Part shown: positions 1 to 16,129 of the stretch, one piece after another | Position numbering within the stretch: the stretch's first letter is position 1 | How the letters are laid out: every line of letters begins with the position of its first letter | Source: the human T2T-CHM13v2.0 reference genome, Homo sapiens | Strand: one strand, 5' to 3' | Length of the DNA stretch: 64,000 nucleotides | NCBI RefSeq assembly: GCF_009914755.1 | Contig: NC_060945.1 | The notes under the pieces: model-generated | What the model saw: the letters and a program-made list of their open reading frames with translations, nothing else | What the model was told of the DNA's origin: nothing | The model's database searches: none | Translations under genes and position numbers: made by a program

Positions 1-3000
1 CAACAATTTCAAGAAGTAGTAGACTACAGATTCTTTTTTTCCTCATTACTTCTGTGTTTCAACTAGTTATTTCTTGTTATCTTCAGCCTGGAGTTGCCAT
101 TGGGGAAAGAAAGAAGGATCATGTCCAGGAATAGTCAGGGTGGAATTCTGAATTATTAAAATAGGTCTGTATAACTCCTACATTTTTTATCCTTATCATT
201 ACTGAGGAAGCAGCTGTGAAGGGGAACTGTCTAAAGATGGTGTGTGAAACAGGAGTGGATGAGGGAGGCAGAGTTAGAAATCTTTTAAAATTGATCTTTG
301 AGGAGGATTTCGGTGCTCAATAATTCCAGATACTTGTGGATGCTAAGGAGCATGGAAGGGCCATCGAATAACCATCAAACCATTTAAGGTGTGTTATGTC
401 AGATTATAGATGATCTGGAAAAGTAAGAAATATGACACAGATTAGTTTCCTGGGCTACAAGGTTGTGGCTGCAGGTGACTGATGAACAGCAGCAGTGTAA
501 CTTGAAAAAGTATCAGCAACAGTGAGGTACCACTGATATCCCCAGGAAGAGGGATCAACTGGTCGATGTAGTCAGGCTGTCCGTGTGGCAGGAGCCACAC
601 CCCATGCAATGTGGGCTCTCCTACGGCCAGATACACAGGTCAACTTTTGGTAGGAATCACATGTCTGACAAGTAGTGGTAGCTTCTGTGTTAGAAACGTA
701 GAGTTCCTTAATTTGTACTCTGTATACGATTGTGGATGTGATTCCATTTTGGGTATTGTGATTGTGGCAGTGGTGGTGATCTGGGTTGTGCAAGTTTGAT
801 CAAAAGCTTTATTCTGTTCATCTCATTGAAGAACACATTAGAGCACTCATCCATCACAATGGCTAAAATTAAAAAGACTGATGGGAAGTGATGTCAGCAA
901 GATCGCCAACTAGAGTTGCTTGGCTATCATTTCCCTCACAAAAAAGGAACCAAAACAACGAATAAGTTTATTTTGTCTGGAGTGACTGAGGAAATGCCCT
1001 GGAGAGTACCAAGAGAACAGCAAAGTCCCTGTGGAGCATAGAGTCAAGAATAGCTCCACAGGGAGGAGACCAAAGTATCCTGCCTCTGCCATACTGTCTC
1101 CCCTGCGAGGATTGAATCAAAGCCAGGGGGTTCCTCTTCTTATAGGAAGAAGGTAAGCGGAGAATCATCAGTCCTCATCACCACCACAGGTGCCAGCAGT
1201 CACTGCTACAAGAGAGTTCCCCAGTCCTCACAGGTCCCAAGTCCAGCATGAACAGTTGCTGAAAGTGCATGTGGCTACATTCCCCCACAGCAGGAACCTC
1301 TTTGACACCCTGCACCCCTGCAATCCAAGCAGCTAAGGGATGACACAACTGTGAAACCAAGCCCACATCTGGAGTGCTTCCTGACCTGGAGGCCAGTAGC
1401 CACCCTGTATCCCAGAGGCATTGCCCTCATTCCACAAAGTTCACACAAGTGCCTCTAGCACTAATACCTTGGCTACTTGGAGCCTAGGCTCAAAGGCACA
1501 ACTGGGGCCCTGATACCTAAACCCACAAGGCTCCCTATTACCCAGGGAAGCAGGTGGGCCTGCATGGCCGGGCAGCCCCATGCGGCCACCAGGCTAGTGT
1601 ACATCTGTCCCTGGCTCTAGCTGGCCTGGAGGTGGCCCCACCCCAAGGGAGAGAGTAGTATACAGCCAGTGGGCCTGTGTGAACTTGCTCCCAGCTTGAA
1701 TAGCTGGCCCAGAGGTTGTCTGCCTGTACCACTGGAGGATTGTGCACAGCTGCCGGGCCACAATTTCCTGCCTTTAGTCCAATAGCTGGTTTGGAGGCAC
1801 TCTTTCCGCAGCTCAACCCTACATCACCAGAGTCATGCACAGCCTCCAGACCTGTGTGCATCCACCCCTGGCCTGATAGCCAGCCCAGCAGTAACCCTGC
1901 TGCCATTCAGGAGAGACAGTCGTACAACCTTTCTGGCCTGCTGCATCAGCATGTGCCTGACCAGCAACCAGCTTGGTGCCAACTCCAGAAAAACCATGCC
2001 ACCACAGTCATGGGCTTCTGCATACTAAGTCACTGAGATAATCACGGACATCGCAGGTGAGGATTCCAGCTGAATAATCTGTTTGGACACCACAATACTG
2101 AGTCCACCCTGAACCAAAGCCACCACACGCCATTTCCAATCAGCACCCTAGGACCCATCAACAGGAAAAAACCTCTTCCTATGAAAGCTGCTCGTTAAAA
2201 TTGGAAAAAGCAATTGTCCATTACATGCACAGGTACCAACATAGAGACAGAAGAATCATGAAAAAGCAAGGAAACGTGTCACCCCCAAACCTGGCACCAC
2301 AATGCATCTTTAGTAATGGAATCCAAAGAAAAGAATATTTATGAAATGCATGAAAAATAATTCAAAATAATGACATTAAAGAAACTTTTGAGTTGTAAGA
2401 GAATACAACAATTTAACGAAATTAATAAATTCATTAGCTGAGTGAGAAATTGAACAAAGATAGATATTATGGAAAGGAACAAAACAGGAATCTTGGAGCT
2501 TGAGGAATTAAGTGAATGAAATTAAAAAAAATACAATTGAGAGCCACAGTAACAGACTAGAACATGCAGAATAATACATTTCTGAACTTGAAGACAGATC
2601 GTTTGAAATAACCCATTCAGAGGAAGAAAAAAAAAAAAGAATAACAAAGTATGAAGAAAGCCCATAGGACTTATCAGACACCATTAAGCAAACCTATATT
2701 CATATTATGGGAGTGCCAGAGAAAGAATAAGTGAAGAGAGGCATAGACCACCCATTTGGTTAAATAGATTGCCTGTGTCCTTCTGCACTTCTTGGAAGGA
2801 AGTCTTGGAAGTTATGGACATCTAGGAATGAAAAGATCCCCAATAAAATTCAGCCCCTCAAAATCCTCTCAAAGGTACACAATTCTAAAAGCTGTAAGAC
2901 AAAAACATTACGTCACATATATGGGAATTCCCATTAGACTGTCAGTACATTTCTCAGCAGAGACTGCACAAGACAGGAGAGAGTGGGATGACATATTCAC

Positions 3001-3093
3001 AGTGCTGGGAAAAAATAAAAATAAAATATAAAAATAAAAACTGTCAGCAGAGAATATATCCGGCAGTGCTATCCTTAAGAAATGAAAAAGAAG

Positions 3094-3449
<356 letters not shown>

Positions 3450-3683
3450 TCATCACCACTGGACTGGTCCTACAAAAACACTTAGAGGAAATAATAGGAA
3501 ATGAAAGAATGATTAATACCATGAAAATATGTGAAAATACAAAACTCATCAATATAGGTAAATCCATAATCATATTCAGAATACCCCAGTGCTGTAATGG
3601 TGCTGTGTAATTCCTTCCGTCCTCTAATATGAAGGTTTAAAGTTAAAAATGTCAGAAATATCAACAGCTACAATTAGTGGCTA

Positions 3684-4094
<411 letters not shown>

Positions 4095-6899
4095 TTAAGT
4101 TGTTATTAGCTTAAAATAGTCTGTTGTAACTGTAAGACTCTTCATGTTAGCTCCATGGTAACCACAAGAAAAATTATAGTAGATAGACAAACAAGAAAGG
4201 AAACAAAGCTTAGCATTATAGAAAACCACCAAACCACAGAAGTAAACAAGAGGGAAAGAATCAAACGAGGAATCTTCATAATATTGAGAAAACAAACTAG
4301 CATGAGTAAATTATTACTTATCAGTAGTAACCTTGAATGTAAGTGGATTAAATTCCCCAATTAAAAAATATAGAGCAGCTGGATGGATTGAAAAAAAAAA
4401 AGACCCAACTGTATGTTGCCTACAAGAGACACACCTCATCATTAAATATAAACATAGACTGAAAGTGAAGGAATGGACAAAGATATCCCATGCAAATTCA
4501 AACCAAAAATGAGCAGAAGCAGCCATACTTGTACTAGATACAATAGACTTTAAGTCAAAAACTGTAAAAAGAGACAAAGTCATTATGTAATAATAAAATA
4601 ATCAATTCACCAAGAAGCAAAACTGTAAATATATAAGCACCGAACACCAGAACATCCAAATATATAAAGCAAATATTATTAGATTTAAAGGGGGAAATAG
4701 ACTCCAGTACAACAATAGTAGGGACTTCAGCATCCCACTTTTAACAGTAGACAAATGATTTAGAAACATGAGACTTAAACTACACCATGGACATTTACAG
4801 AACATGAACAGCCGCAGAATACACATTCTTTTCAACTGTGCATGGAATATTCTCCAGTAAAGATCGTATGTTAGAGATGGTATCAAGTATTTTACCAGAT
4901 CACAACTATATAAAGCTAGAAATCAACAACAAGAAAAACGTTAGAAACCAACAAATACATGGAAGTTAATATGCACCTTAATAACCAATGGGTCAGTGAA
5001 GAAATTAAAAGGGTAATTAGAAAGTTCCCTGGGACAAAGGAGCGTGGAAACACATACAAAAACCTGTGGGACACAGTGAAACCTGTTCTAGAAGTTCATG
5101 GCAATAAATGCCTGCATCAGAAATGAGGAAAGATTTCTAATAAACAGATTAACTGTGCAACTCAGAGAAACCTGAAAAGCAAGAACAAATTAAACCCAAA
5201 ATTGGTAGGATGGAAATAATAAAGCTTAGAGCAGAAGTAAACAAATAGAGACTAAAAGAGCAATTCAAAAGATCAGTGAAATTTTTTTGAGAAGATAAAC
5301 AGAATCAACAAACCTTTAGCTAGACTAAGAAAAAAGGAAAAAAAAAAAGACTCGAATAAATAAAACCAGACATGAAAAATGAAACATTACAAATGTATCA
5401 CAGAATTGGAGGATCACAAGAGACTATTATGAACAACTGTATACCAACAAATTCTAGAATATAGGAAAAATGGATAAATTCTTGAACACACACAACCTAC
5501 CAAGATTAAATTGAGAAGAAATGGAAAAAATAAGCAGACCACAACGAGTGGGAGAATTGAATAACTGCTAAAGCCTGACATAAAGATCCCTAGTTTCTGA
5601 TGGCTACATTGCTGAAGTGTGTCAAACATTTAAGGAACAACTAATATTAATTCTCAAACTATTCCAGAAAATTAAAGAGGAGGGAATACTTCCAAACTCA
5701 TTTTATGAGGCCAGCATTACCCTGATTCAAAAACTAGACAAGGACACAACAAAAAGAAACAGGCCAATATCCCTGATCAACCTAGATGCAGAAATTCTCA
5801 ACAAGATTCTAGCACGTCCGATTCAACGGCATATTAAAAACATCATCCACTATGATCGAGATTCATCCCAGAGATGGAGGGATGGTTCAACATACACAAA
5901 TCAATAAATGCGATACATCACAGTAACAAAGAGAACGGAAACCATATAATTTCAGTAGATACAGAAAAAAGCACATTACAAAGTTTAACATCCCTTCATG
6001 ATAAAAACTCTCAAAATAGATATAGAAAGTATGTACCTCAACACGGTAAAGACCATAGTTGAGAAACCCACAGCTAGTAGTATACTGAATGCAGAAAAAA
6101 ATGAAAGCTTTTCCACTAAGATCAAGAACCTAACAAAGATGCCCACTTCCACCAATCCTATTCAACATAGTACTGGAAGTCTTAGAGCAGTTAGGCAGGG
6201 GAAAGAAATAAAAGACATCAAAATTGGAAAGGAGAAAGTAAAATTGTCTCTGTTTCCAGATGATATGATCTTAAATATAGAAAGCCCTAAAGAGTTCACC
6301 AAAAAACTGCTACAACTCATAAGTGAATTCAGTAAAAGTGTAGGACACAAAATTAACACACAAAAATCAGCACTTCTATATGCTAACGGTGAGTTATTTG
6401 AAAAAATAAGAAAACAATTTCATTTACAAGAGCTACAAAAAATCTAGATACCTAAGAATAAACTTAACCAAAGAGATAAAAGATCTCTACACTGAAAGCT
6501 ATAAAACATTGAGGAAAGAAATATAAGACACAAACAAATGGAAGTAGATCGTATGTTCATGGATTAGAAGAATTAATGTTAAAATGGCCATACTACCTGA
6601 AGTCATCTCCAGACTTACTGCAGTCCATGTAAAAATTCCAGTGACCCTTCAGAGAATTAGAAAAGACAATCCCAAAAATTCATGTGGAACCACAAGAGAG
6701 CCCAAATAGCCAAAGCAAGCCTGAACAAAAGGAACAAAAGGTAGAGGCATCACTACTTGACTTCCAAATGTACTGCTAGAATATAGTAACCAAAACAATG
6801 ATATTGGTGTAAAAAACAGACACATAGACCAGTGGAACAAAATAGAGAGCCCAGAAATGGACACACCTACAGCCAACTGATTTTTGACAAAAACTGTTA

Positions 6900-7110
6900 A
6901 CTGGAGTAAATCTAAGAAATGTACAAGAACTTCCAGGAAGAAAATGATTAAATATCATTAAGACACATTAAAGAATACATAAATATTTTGAAACATTCGC
7001 TGTTTCATGAATTGGAAGACCATTGTTAAACTGGTCGGTTCTTCTTAAATTGATTTATGGGTTTAGTTTGATCCCAATTAAAAATACCGTTAGTTTTGTT
7101 TTTGCTTTTT
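6900..7110 (+). mobile_element. Highly diverged L1 ORF2 fragment (L1ME-like)
   Basis: tgtttcatgaattggaagaccattgttaaa...aaattgatttat...atcccaattaaaaatacc resembles the L1 ORF2 CSWIGR...IPIKIP segment. Confidence 0.55.
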
Positions 7111-10100
7111 TAGGAAATCAAATGAGATGTTTCATTACCCGCCGCCCCCTTTTTTTTTCTTTGTAGTTGATCTATACAGCTTAAAGTGTATGCATGTTTC
7201 TCAGTGAGTGTAATACTTCCCAAAAAGGGGCTTAGGTGAGCTATGAAGTGGGATATTTTCAGTATTACTGCTATAGGCAATTTAACAACACAAAAACAAT
7301 AAAATAATAACACCCCCTCACCCCCCCCCCAAGTAAAACCACCGTGTAATAAAATTTAATGGAAACATGATGATCTACCATATGTAAATGCTTTAAACAT
7401 TTAGCGTAGTGTGTGGAAGGAAAAGACGCAGCAAAACATTTTGTCGTCTTTTTATATTGCTTACTACCAAGGTCATGACCAATTTTGAGAAGATAAAGCA
7501 AGGTGATAGGTCAGACTCGTTTTTGGTATGTGGCTTGCGAGTTTACCCTTCAAACATTTTGTTATAGGCTATCTCTGAAATTTGCCTTTTTTTTTTCTCC
7601 TCTACCAGCTGGTAATACCTGGATTTTAGCCACTGCATGTCTTATACTTAAGAGCTTGGGTAGTATCATTGGAAAGGCCAGGGGAGGAACCCTTATGCAG
7701 GATTTTGCTTTATAAAAAGTTTGGATTTATGGTGCCAGTACTAGATTATAGAAGGGGATCAGGTGGAGCAATAGAGCAGTATTGGAGCTAGAGATTGGCT
7801 TTTGCAATCAGTCAGTCAATCAATAACCAAGAAGTAGCAGCATTTAATATCTTCATCATCCATTTACTTTAAAAACGTGTTTATCACTCATTTATAATGT
7901 TTGCTCTAGAGGTAAAGCAAATTCTTGTTTCTACTTTTCAGACACTGATTGGAGACACTGGTTGATATTTTTGGCACAGTGTTAAGTGTGTTTATTAAGT
8001 TCTTTAGGAACCAAGAGGAGATGGTAGGAGGAGACCTACTGAGGCATGCTGTAAAATTCTGGTGATAAAATATGTTTAAATTAAGAGGGTCAGGAAATCA
8101 TGGCATTCCCCTTTCACCTACATGCTTTTTTTTTGCACCACAATTCTACCATGTGGTATGGTTAAGGTGTATTGTGATAAACCCATTTCTTTAAAACCCA
8201 TACTTTTGTTAACAGTGAATGACAATATCTACCATATGACTGAATTGAGCTACTTGGGAAATGGCTATTATTTTTAAATCTTAGGTGACTTTGAGGAGCA
8301 ATCATCAATTACATGTATCTCTTGAACTTTAATCAAAGTTGTTACACTTTGTGCCTCATTTGATCTCTGCAAAGAAAGTTATATAGGAGTGCTGGGAAGA
8401 TGTTGTCTTGGTTCGTATCCCTAACTTTCTTGCCCTTCCAACTTCCTTTTTGGAATGGTGTGACAAATGGTTCAGGCTTTACTTGCTCCTAGAAAGTACA
8501 TTTGAGGCCACACATTCTTGCAAGTCCTGTGTGGGGAGAGAGAAGGCAAAGGAACTAAAAAGCTTACATTATCTCAGTATATCAATGTGATGTTTACATT
8601 AAATATTTTGTATGTAAACATGCCAATCAAGTGGTGTATATTTTTTGGTAGAGCAGAAGACGGGCGTAAAGGAATTGACTATACTTAAAACATTTCAAAA
8701 GACCTTCCTGGGGTTTAGTAATCTTAGCCCAGATCTGGAATGTGAAAAATGTACTTAGGGTGTATTGTGCAGAAATCAGATGTCCTCAAGTTTTCTGTAG
8801 CTGATGTATGTATGAACCATTTCCTGCTTATTGTGATATGTGTGATCTGCTCTGTTGACATTATTAAGAAGGATTTGTTTCTTGTTATAATTAGTAGTTA
8901 AATATAACGACAGATGTTCATATGCTATAGATTCAGGATTACGTCTGGTTCTTTTAGACTTTTGAGCAGTTTATATTTTAGAATATGCTGTAGAATCCTC
9001 TTTTTACATATTGTCTGTCTGCACTGGTACTAGTCAATTGCTGGGTACCTCTTCTATCTCTTATATAGGATCACTGGTACTATTTGTTTTATGGTATCGT
9101 TTTTATCTGCCTTTCCCAGAACTTATTCCATGTTTTAGTCTATTTATTTCTGACTACCAAGATACAAATAAGTTTGCTGTATCTCAACGTCTAAATATAC
9201 ATATATATTACAAAAGGAACAAAATTTTCAAATGAGAATACTGCCATTTATAAAAGTCAATAAAAAGTTAAATATCCCCTCTATATAGGGCAGTCTTTTG
9301 TATTACAGTTACTTTTTATATACTGTGCATTAACCTTTCTTTTTTGAGCATAAACCAGTCTTGAACAAATTCAGTTTGTTCAGGTTATTATTATTCTGCT
9401 GAACTGCAAAATTTAACTGTTAGAAGGTCTTTAGGACCTCCTGGGTCTCCAATAGGAGAGTCAAGTTGACTGTCTTTCTATCTCTCCCTTGTATTCTTGA
9501 AAACTTGCTTTCTGGTAACAGTAGAATGTTCTAGATATTCTTTGGTTTTCCTCTGCCCCAGTTCATCTAACTAAATGTCTTTCAAGGAGTTCTATGTCTT
9601 TTCGTGAAACAAGCCTAGAGTCTGGGGTTGCCTGTGGGAGTTGGTTTTTGGGCAGAGAGTAGTGCTGGCCAGTCGGGTCACTCTTAAGTGTGACAGAAGT
9701 AGAAACTGTTTACTTTTCACTATATGAGTTTACATTTTAACATATCATGTTGTTACCAGTTTTTCAAAAATGTGTGTTTTATTGATTCCCAAAGACTGAC
9801 TTCTGTATTCACATGGATATTTTAGATTTCCTTGTATCTAATGTCTTGTGGTAAATATTGCTGTTAAGGATAAAATAATAATATTTTGACATTAATCTGA
9901 TAGGATAAAATCTTTAGGATAAAAATGGTGTGAAATGAATGAGATTTTCTTGATAAACCAAAAAGTTGAAAAAAACTAATCTTTACTCAGGTTCTGGTAA
10001 TTAACACAAAGTGGTTAAGATACCTGAATGTTATTTATGCTGATTTAGAATAATAAGTAACAAGTTTCTTTTTTTTTTTTTTTTTGGCTGAAGCCAAGTA

Positions 10101-10919
10101 GCAAGTAACACATTTCTTGAGCAGGCAAAATGCTTGGTTAGATCCTATGTGGGAACCAGGGTTTTCCAGTTATGATTATACTTATGTTGTTGCATGCTCA
10201 GGAGCAAGAAACATCATTAAAGTAGCATTACTTTTGCCATGTTTAGATATACTTAAGATATTCATAGGTGAGTTTATTTTGGAAAGGTTAACTATCTTTT
10301 GTTATTCTAATATGTATTCTAATATTTATTTCATTAAATTTTCCCAAAGGCAAACTTTTGGGCAAGGCAGTGAACATACAGGTTTTCTTTTCCTTTACTT
10401 GGCTCTCATAGAGGCATAGATCTCAAGAATTGAAAGGAATCATAAAGTTTAACTCACTGAACTTTTTTTTTGTAGAAGAAGAACTAAGTGGTCGGTGATA
10501 AAAGTGCAACTTGTTCAGTTTTTAATGTTTTCTTGATTCAGAGTAATTGTTATAAAAAGTGGTCATCATGTTATATTGTAAATATGTACTTTAATTGTTA
10601 TTTCTCAGAAAATTCATCTAGATGGTATATTCCTGGTACTAATATCTAATTTGTTGAAATGTGATTTATTGTACTTTCTATTATATAAAACTGCCATTTT
10701 ATGTTTGAAATTTCATTTTTCTTAGGAAAAAAGACTATACTTCTCTATGTATTAGCATTGACACTGCTAAAACGTGTATTTGAGTAAAGTTAGTATTAAA
10801 TATTATTTCTTCAAATACATTATTGAAATCTTATGTAATGAAAATGCTTTTAGAATGTGTGATATGCCTGGGATATATACCATTATATAATGCTGCATTT
10901 TTTTCCACCATTGATTAAG

Positions 10920-11082
10920 AGTTCTTGAAGCCAGCATAGCAGAGAATAAAGCATGTTTGAAGAGGACACCTACAGAAGTTTGGAGGGATTCTCGAAACCC
11001 TTATGATAGAAAAAGACAGGACAAAGCTCCCGTTGGGCTAAAGAATGTTGGCAATACTTGTTGGTTTAGTGCTGTTATTCAG
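10920..11082 (+). CDS. USP25: USP25 exon ~5 with Cys box; catalytic Cys178 codon TGT at 11059-11061
   Basis: attaag|A GTT CTT GAA...ATT CAG|gtaagg; 163 nt; [10 protein letters not shown]...[16 protein letters not shown]. Confidence 0.96.
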
Positions 11083-14000
11083 GTAAGGATTTTTCTTTAT
11101 TCAGTTCTTATTTGATGTGTGTGATAGCAATGGAAAGTGAGTTGGTTGTGTTTAAGTTGTGTACTTTAAAGATAAGTACAGATAAGTTTTTAATATACTA
11201 TTTTGTCTAATAAACTAGCTTGGGGATTGAAGTATCCTCCCATCCCTCTTTGTTTTTCATTTCTAGTATGTATTTTTTAACAGTAGATCACTACTTATGC
11301 CTTTCACTTATTTGGAATCAATTTATCCTTTCCTTCTGCTTTTAGGAATTGTTGGGGTGGAAAGAGTTTTGTATATATTTCCCTGCAAATTTATGGAAGC
11401 ATTGTAACCAAGTTTGAAACTAGAACTGGCTTTCTGTGGGTCAGATCAGATTTATTTGTATATACTAGACAGTGTTATTTATAGAATTATAGACACTTAG
11501 TATTTTTAATAAGCATTTTGTTTGAGGTTGGTATAGATTTGCAAATCTGAGTTTGCATGTGAAATGATGTGATGAATAAATATTGATAAATCAAGAATAA
11601 CACATTGTCTTTTTTTACTAAGAAATCCCTTAATGATACATTTCTTGATCTGCTTATTCTAAAATAAGAGACATATGTATGTGTAGATATCCCTCTTTTC
11701 AATTTGGAACAGTTTTCTTTTACGTGTTTAACAACTGTTATCAAAATTCTTTATCATTCTCGGTTGACATTGATAATGTTATCCATCAGATTGCAAAACT
11801 TTAAAACAATTTATGAATAATATGTCCTTAATTTTTATTACTCCTTAGGAAAGTTAACTAATGTTTTGTGTTCGTTTTTGTGTGACAGTTGAATTATAGC
11901 TTATTATTTCATGTTCGTGATGAATGCTTTTTCCTTCATTGGACATGCATGCTATTTTTTGTATTCAAAATATATCTTCATTTTGTAACTTTCCAAACCT
12001 GTGTGTATGACAGCTTAAACTTTCATATGATATTAAGGCAACTAACAGGTTATTTGGTTCATTTTCTACAAGTTAATTGTTTTTGCTAACTTGTAATTTT
12101 AACTTTTTTTTATATACTTCAGTGCTAAAATTTTCACCGTTTTCTCCCTTTTTGCTTCTGGTGCATAATATCATATAATTTGATTTTCTTTGTTTTTCTG
12201 GATTTACCTCACTTTTTAATATGCTGTGGTGCATCCTAATAAGTAATATGCTATGTTATTGGCTTTCCCAGGACATGAAGATGCTAAGGAATACCTGGAT
12301 TAACATAAATCTATAGTAGTATCTTTGCTTCTAGCCTTGATTATACGTTGTTTACTTACATGCCAAAAAGCAATATCTAAAATATTGATACCTTAGAGAT
12401 TCTTAGATCATCTTAATAGGCTATCTCACTTTACTTGCGCTATCTATTAAGAAGGTTTGTGCATATGATAATTTAGACATAATTTTAAAATATTAAGTAT
12501 AGTTTTAAGGCTCTGAACTGAGTGCTCATGAACATGTTTTGCTGCCTGTGTTTGGTCAAGTAGATGCTATCTCAGCACTATTATGGCAAATACATGAGGG
12601 TCATTGATTAGAAGCTTTTCTTAGAAAGGTATAAGAAGAAAGAAAGTATTTGTAAATAATATTGTTAGAATAGTTGCTTTTTATTTCTCTATCCTGTATG
12701 TGTAGGGAAGTTCTGTTTGAAATGATAAATGCTGATATAGGGATAATGACCTTTTGTTTTAGTAGGATAAAACTTCTTTCAGCAGCTCAGTTTAATCTTG
12801 ATACAGTTACAATCTGTTTCTACCCTAAGTTTGCTAATCTTAGCTTTTCTAGCTTTTCTTTTTAGCTTAGATTTTTTTTTTTAAGAAGGAGGGAATGGGC
12901 TAGAAAAAAATTATCTTTTAAAAAAATGCCTAGCTTATTTAAAAACTAGTAATTGTACTAGTTTTAAAATTTTATCTAAGTTTAGTGGCTGCTTAACTCC
13001 TAACATAGGCAAGTATAAGAGGGCTTGAGTTATTTATTTTTTCTTTTGGTGAAATCTAAACATCTAGGAGAAGTAACCTATAAGCTTAAAAATTCAGGTT
13101 ATAATGGCCTAATAAGATAATGGCTTTTGAGGGAGTAGAAAACACTAAGCATCAGATTGTGGAAAATGATGAGTGGGCAGAAAAATTTGGCTAGAGATCA
13201 CCTGAAGTTTTATTTTTTATGGTAATTTTAAAATCTATCAAACTATTTTAAGTAGCTTTTAACTTTTATCTTTGGTAGAGTCTTCTTAAAAATTTTCTAC
13301 CATTATTGCTTAACTCTAAGCTATAAACTGAGATATAATACTTGGCCATCATAAATTGACTTTTTACTTGTGAATGAAAAGTTGGGCCAAAAATCTACCA
13401 TAGTGTTGGAGGTTTTGTTGTTTTCCACAGTGAGTTGGAACTTACTCAAATTGTGATGTAAATGTACTGTAAAGTTTTGATTACAAAATTTTCTCGGGGA
13501 TGGAATTTACTTAGTAGGACTAATTTGAAACATCTGGGAATTCTTTTTCTTGTAAATATATTGACCAGTTATAGAAGTTTGCTAGTAATATCACCCTTTA
13601 ACTTCAAAGTATATAGCTGGGGTAGGCTACAACAGTTATAGATAGCTTTGCATACTTATTATTTTAGATACTGAGACCAATATTTTGGTAGAAAGGGGGA
13701 ACAGAATGTAAGAAAGGGAATATAAACAAAGAGAAGATTGTACAGATAATGGCTTAAATAATCTTTTGGCTGCTGGCAACATTAGCCTGTCTTTAGGTTA
13801 GACATCAACCCCACAGCTAGTCAGGATTATTTTTGTCCTATTCACTTGGTACTTTTATGTAGAAAGTACTGATTGCAGCTGTTCCCCACTAGGGTGTCAC
13901 TGAATGAGTTAGCTATTTGGAGGTGTATGTTCTTCTCTGTAGCTCTGGGACATGTCGTTGAAGTGGTATGGGTGCTCATGATGATCCTTAGCCCCTTAGC

Positions 14001-14189
14001 ACCTTTCCATTTGGATGCCGAGAAGTAAGGTGCTCATACTTCTCAGTTTGCTTGTCATAGTCCCTTTTACTCCTATTGTAGATCTGTTGGCACCTGTCAC
14101 TTAGTCCTAAAGCCCTGCTGTGTATGATGGTAAAGTATGTGGTTACCTTACTCATAAATCATATAACTGCAGGTTGACTAAAATACAGG

Positions 14190-14300
14190 CACCCTGAGGG
14201 CAGAGAGCACATTTAGGGTACTCTATATTATATATATAATACAGGGTCTGGCACATTGGAATAGCCCATCAAGTAATTATTGCATGAATGGATGAATGAA
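14190..14300 (+). mobile_element. L2 3' end
   Basis: ctgagggcagag...gggtctggcacatt...tgaatggatgaatgaa tail. Confidence 0.6.
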
Positions 14301-16129
14301 CCAAAAGGGAGCATGTATGGAGTATCTAAAGTAGTACGTGAGGATATTTTAAAAAATGATGCATATTGTCAGAACATTTCAGGATATAATTTAAAATGCT
14401 TATTCATACTCCTTGCTCTTCTCTCTTTAATTTTCATCAAAGAAAAAATCATGTGGCACTAAAATGCTTAAACCTGTCTGCTTCCTAGTCCTGCCCCTTG
14501 AAAGAGACCTGTATCTAATCCATTTCTTCTCTATCTTCATTTTTCTAAATGACATGCCTTCCCACTGAGATAGATGAGGAATTTGCTCTTTCAGTTCACC
14601 TGCCTAGAATTGCCTTTTGTTTCATCTCTCAACATGGTTATAATACAAATTAAAAATAGTAGGTAGTCAGTATTTTCATTTTTTATAACTTTGTAAATGT
14701 TACAGTGATTCACTAGGTCCTCCCATCTATAGTACTTTGTTATCCTGGAGTTGTCAATTGCTACCTTTTTCCCCTATTTTCTATATACTTTAATATTTTC
14801 TAAATGCTTCAACATGTTTGTTATGGTCTTAATAATATATTCTGTATGCCCACACATATTTGCTTCATTTTTTTGTTTGTTTGTTTTTGGAGTTCTGTCC
14901 CATAGACCATTTCTCTGTTTCAAATTTGGGGTGAATTCTGATTCTTTGTGGTTTAAGCATGATCACTCGCTTTCTAAAAGTAAGTCTAGAGAAATGGGAT
15001 TGGTCGATGTGGGTATCAGTTTACATGTTTTTACTTAATCTTGCTGTTTGTAGCTCTCAATCATCTCTCCTTTGTACTGTGACATACAATTTGACTGATT
15101 TTTCTGAACCTGAGTCATTTAAGATCTCCAAAGACTAAATTTCCTATACACCCACAGAGGGGAGGCAATTGTCTGAATGTGCTGGGTCTGGAAAGCACAT
15201 GGGGGTTTAATTGTTCTGTACATAGACTTGTGGTTTCAATAATGCCATCTATTTTTCAATCCCTGCCTCACCATGAAACTTATGTGATACCATGCTAATT
15301 TTTTTTTAATCCTCCGAGGAGAATTTATCACGCTTCTCAGTCTTCTCCACTGTAGGCAGTTTATGTTTCATTTCCTCTGCACTCTTGCCATCACTTCTTT
15401 CTTTTTCACAAATTATTTGAACTCTTATCCCCCATTATGTCTTTGTTATTAGCAAGAATCTAACCAAACTTCATTTTCGTAAGTGCTTTTCAAAATTCAC
15501 ATATTAGCTTTGGACTGAATGAAAGGATGGTTATTTTCAGGTGCATTAATCAAAAACACTCTTCAGGCAGTAAAAGTTACCCTTTCTTACCTCTTTTGAA
15601 GGAATACATTGGACAGTCCTCATATGACTTTGGTGAAGGATATAGGGTCTTTGGGACTTGAAAAACTTAATTTTTATGATTTGTTGTGATAATCAATGGT
15701 GATGAGTTTCACTGAGTAATGGTAGATGAGGTTGTTTTAGACCATCTGCCTTGTGATGTTTTGCTGGATTCCAAAACAGAAATAAAACCAACCTTTTGAG
15801 GGCATCACAGAGTACTAAAGCAGTGAGGAATTTTGAGTAAAGAAGGATAGTCATAGAGTGAGCTTGTTATTTTTGATGGATTTTGTCCTTTAGGCATCTC
15901 CAGAACTGACTGCTGCGTAGTTGAGGAACTAAGAAAATTTTTGCACAAAGTTTGAGCCCTAGTAAAACATCTTAGACTGTGAGTTGGAATTCTAAATGGT
16001 TAGAATGTAGCATTAACTGAGAACTGAAAGTTAAGACAGGCTTCCTAGTTTCTGAATTATATAGTTTTAAGTTATCTCAGAATTTATTGGATTAAGGCGA
16101 CCTGAGACTGTGACTCTAGTCTCCCTGCC

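Noticed and set aside
442-799. Overlapping short ORFs, possible processed pseudogene
   Set aside because: No recognisable protein, polyA or TSD in any frame; would need BLASTX or Dfam
5617-6447. ORFs with reverse-transcriptase motifs
   Set aside because: Frameshifted remnants of the old L1 ORF2 (FADD motif decayed to FPDD); not active
7110-7900. Repeat-free segments with scattered CpGs (also ~19430-19700 and ~21000-21130) as possible conserved enhancers
   Set aside because: Cannot be supported without conservation or chromatin data
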